Source of the DNA: an uncultured Oscillospiraceae bacterium
GTDB lineage: Bacteria > Bacillota > Clostridia > Acetivibrionales > DTU013
DNA length: 38,350 bases
Assembly: GCA_964349435.1 (NCBI GenBank)
Contig: CAYGHY010000002.1
Location: 1 to 38,350 of the forward strand
Reading direction: 5' to 3'
The notes under the pieces were generated by a model, which saw only the letters and a list, made by a program, of their open reading frames with translations, was not told the DNA's origin and did no database searches. Position 1 is the first letter of the stretch. Each line of letters begins with the position of its first letter. Of the stretch, positions 35,844-38,350 are shown piece after piece. Position numbers and translations under genes: made by a program.

Positions 35844-36553
35844 TACTTAAAATAATCCCATATCCCCTCCTTAATGGCAGCAGCCACTTTCGACTGATAT
35901 TCGTCGGTAAGCAGCCTTTTTTCTTCTTCATAGTTTGATAGAAAACCGCACTCCACTATTGTGGTGGGAGTTTTTAAATCTGCCAGTATTACAATGGGAT
36001 CTTTCTTTTCCTGGGGCTCCCGTTTATTGTCCTTATCCAAGATATTCTTCAAGGACTTTTGAATGTTGGCCGCAAGCCTCAGACTATCTGGTGAATTAGG
36101 AGGGTAAAAGGTCTGGGCGCCATAGTATTTTGGCTCCTGAAAGCTGTTCATGTGTATGCTGACAACGATGTGTGCTCCGCTGTTATCCATGATTTCTTTT
36201 CTTCTTGTGAGATCCTGTTTCCTTTTATCATATATACTGGTCGTACCTTCACTGTACATCAGTTTGTCTTCTTCGCGCGTCATGATGACTTTGTAATCTT
36301 CGCTTTCCAGCATCTGCTTCAGCTTAAATGCAATTTTCAGATTTAGATCCTTCTCTTTCAGATTACTGTTGTTGCTGACTTTTCCAGGATCCTCACCACC
36401 GTGCCCGGCGTCAATAATTACCGTTTTTTGTATTTCACTGCCTGCAACTGAAGTTTGGGTATCCATATTCATATTCAAGCTGTATATCGCAAGAAGTAAC
36501 GCAAAAATGAGACCTATCAGAATAACATTGGACTTTCTCATTACTATAATCAT
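35843..36553 (-). CDS. cwlD: N-acetylmuramoyl-L-alanine amidase, CwlD-like (spore cortex muramic-lactam formation)
   Basis: N-terminal TM anchor and an Amidase_3 domain (IIDAGHGGEDPG, SIHMNS, ECGFLSN). Confidence 0.85.
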   Translation of the reverse strand: MIIVMRKSNVILIGLIFALLLAIYSLNMNMDTQTSVAGSEIQKTVIIDAGHGGEDPGKVSNNSNLKEKDLNLKIAFKLKQMLESEDYKVIMTREEDKLMYSEGTTSIYDKRKQDLTRRKEIMDNSGAHIVVSIHMNSFQEPKYYGAQTFYPPNSPDSLRLAANIQKSLKNILDKDNKREPQEKKDPIVILADLKTPTTIVECGFLSNYEEEKRLLTDEYQSKVAAAIKEGIWDYFK

Positions 36554-36654
36554 ACTACCCCGTCTCCCTATATAAACTCATTATAAGAATATTCGCTGAC
36601 GGGTTGGACATATTACAACCATGTTGACATCTTAAGCTAACGGCGGAACTCTAC

Positions 36655-36676
36655 TTCAAAAATGTTTCGGAACATT
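36655..36676 (-). terminator. Weak AT-rich terminator after the membrane-protein gene
   Basis: AATGTT-ccga-AACATT followed by TTTTGAAG on the minus strand. Confidence 0.4.
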
Positions 36677-36686
36677 ATTCAAACTA

Positions 36687-37307
36687 CTATCCCCCAGAGG
36701 GTGTTTTTACTTTTTTCTTCTTTTTTCCCGTACTCCTGTCCGACACGTTTGAGGGGTTCCATGGACTCTTTTCAAATACCTTTTCAGTCCCGCCTATTTT
36801 CTTGCTTCTCAGTTTGTCCATCAGATTGATGCCGTAATATCCTGCAAGGTAGCCCAGCATTGCTATCAAAGGCAGCAACAATATGGCTGATATATAGCCT
36901 ATGAGTGTTTCATTAAGCCATTTTATGAGAAAATACGTCGGTCCCAGGAAAGCATTAATAGCCACGTGCTTTATACGTTCTGCGGTATCGTTTCCAAGAT
37001 AAATCAGTGCTGCAACAGCTACCGGCAACGCAACAGGTATTGAGCCTATCAGGCCATATACCAGACCCTTCAGCGGGTACGGATTCAACCCGTACTGCGG
37101 CCTTTTTTCTTTAACTGCAAGATTTTTCATATCTGTATAAATTATAAAAAACGCAAATAAGAATATCAAGATGCTGTACAAAGGAAGCCACTTGCTAAAG
37201 CTGTCCTTCGCAATGCTTATAAACGGATATATAAAAATTCCAAACATGATGAGAACCATTGTGTAGCTATATAGTATTTTCGCACTGTTTCTAATAACAT
37301 TTTTCAT
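36687..37307 (-). CDS. Hypothetical polytopic membrane protein with a lysine-rich C-terminal tail
   Basis: About 4 hydrophobic helices and a C-terminal GKKKKKVKTPSGG. Starts 19 nt after the REC-GGDEF gene. No family recognised. Confidence 0.7.
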   Translation of the reverse strand: MKNVIRNSAKILYSYTMVLIMFGIFIYPFISIAKDSFSKWLPLYSILIFLFAFFIIYTDMKNLAVKEKRPQYGLNPYPLKGLVYGLIGSIPVALPVAVAALIYLGNDTAERIKHVAINAFLGPTYFLIKWLNETLIGYISAILLLPLIAMLGYLAGYYGINLMDKLRSKKIGGTEKVFEKSPWNPSNVSDRSTGKKKKKVKTPSGG

Positions 37308-37326
37308 TGAGTATTTCCCCCTGTCA

Positions 37327-38259
37327 TTACTGTGTTCTCTTGTCTTTCAAATATACGCTTCCCTGCATGGACTTGGCTTTTTTCTTTAGTTCCGCGGCAA
37401 TTTCGCCTACCTGAAGGTGGCTGTGCAGCTCCCTGTATTCGTTCGATACAACAGCTATCGATATCGTCATTATAGGATAGCATATCATATTGCCTATCCT
37501 GTTGAAAGCGCATATAAAGCCTGCATGTCTATCCTTATCTGAATACATCTCCGGTATCTTTCCGTCAAAATCCTTAATGATGTTCTCACATATGGCATCC
37601 ACATTCCTTGTACAAGTTATTATTACAAAATCATCTCCGCCGATATGTCCTATAAAATCACTTTGCAAACCCAAGGTTTGAACCGCATCGGTAATAATAC
37701 CGGCGATTAATTTAATACTGCGGTCACCACGTGCAAAGCCGTAAAAATCATTGTAAGCTTTGAAATTATCTACATCGAGGTATAATACGGAAAACTTCAT
37801 TTTATTTGCTATCCTGCGGTTTATTTCTGTTTGTATCCCAATATTTCCAGACAAGCCCGTGAGAGGATTCGCCAACCTGTTTCTGTCAATTCTCAGCAGA
37901 GTATTATTAACCCTGCTTACCAACTCGCGAGGATTGAAAGGCTTTGTTATATAGTCATCGGCACCAAGTTCAAGACCTGTGAGTTTGTCATCCTCATCGC
38001 CCTGGGCAGTAAGTATGATTATCGGCATAAGCTGGTTGCCCTCATCCTCCCTGAGGAGTTTGCACACCTCAAATCCATTTATGCCGGGCATCATAACATC
38101 AAGCAACACAAGATCCGGCTTCTCGGCGGCAACCATTTTTATACCTTCAAGGCCACTATTTGCGGACACCACGTTATAGCCCTTTTCACTGAGTATGTCC
38201 GTAATAAGCTTAACCATCAGTTCCGTATCATCAATAATCAATATTTTCTTTCTAAACAT
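37327..38259 (-). CDS. Response regulator with a GGDEF-type (diguanylate-cyclase-like) output domain carrying GGDDF
   Basis: REC domain (DLVLLDVMMPGINGFEV, TKPF). GGDEF-fold block LTGL...YLDVDNFKAYNDFYGFARGD...GHIGGDDFVII. Confidence 0.88.
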   Translation of the reverse strand: MFRKKILIIDDTELMVKLITDILSEKGYNVVSANSGLEGIKMVAAEKPDLVLLDVMMPGINGFEVCKLLREDEGNQLMPIIILTAQGDEDDKLTGLELGADDYITKPFNPRELVSRVNNTLLRIDRNRLANPLTGLSGNIGIQTEINRRIANKMKFSVLYLDVDNFKAYNDFYGFARGDRSIKLIAGIITDAVQTLGLQSDFIGHIGGDDFVIITCTRNVDAICENIIKDFDGKIPEMYSDKDRHAGFICAFNRIGNMICYPIMTISIAVVSNEYRELHSHLQVGEIAAELKKKAKSMQGSVYLKDKRTQ

Positions 38260-38350
38260 TTGCGCTCGTTTACCTGTTTTTCAATTTGTCTCTATCTATG
38301 TGTTAGATTATATAACAAAGATTTAAGTTTGAATAGTTACTGTATTTTAA

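Overview
This looks like a low-GC, spore-forming Firmicutes (Clostridia-like) chromosomal segment, and most of it is core metabolism and stress genes. From left to right it contains:

- An IS607-type insertion sequence (serine-recombinase tnpA plus tnpB with an intact RuvC triad) directly upstream of a sulfur amino-acid cluster (metY, metI-like, metC-like, cysK).
- A methyl-accepting chemotaxis protein.
- A minus-strand sugar/polyol utilisation locus: Zn-dependent dehydrogenase, FGGY kinase, a three-component sensor (membrane HisKA_3 kinase, NarL/LuxR regulator, membrane-anchored solute-binding-protein-like sensor), then an RbsB/A/C-type ABC transporter and an SDR oxidoreductase.
- The class III heat-shock operon ctsR-mcsA-mcsB-clpC with a textbook CtsR operator.
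- A DUF4349-like lipoprotein and a stand-alone EF-G paralogue.
- An aromatic amino-acid operon (DAHP synthase, prephenate dehydrogenase, EPSP synthase).
- rex, an ABC-F ATPase, cwlD, an unknown membrane protein, and a REC-GGDEF regulator with a GGDDF motif.

I see no rRNA, tRNA or CRISPR, and no obvious multi-gene defence or secretion island.

The parts not explained by ordinary annotation are non-coding or very small:

- Eight tandem GTGAGAG heptamers, each a Shine-Dalgarno-like GAGGUGA, inside the ctsR-mcsA spacer.
- Three perfect or near-perfect 23-bp tandem repeats abutting the -10 of the ABC operon next to the three-component sensor.
- Two families of dispersed 55-70 nt intergenic repeats.
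- ATAGGAATT(T/A) boxes shared by the metI leader and the cysK promoter.
- A roughly 250-nt structured spacer downstream of cysK.
- Two unannotated small ORFs with strong ribosome-binding sites.
- A roughly 100-nt rod-like hairpin between tyrA and aroA.

All functional readings of these elements are inference from the sequence alone. No database search or folding computation was run.
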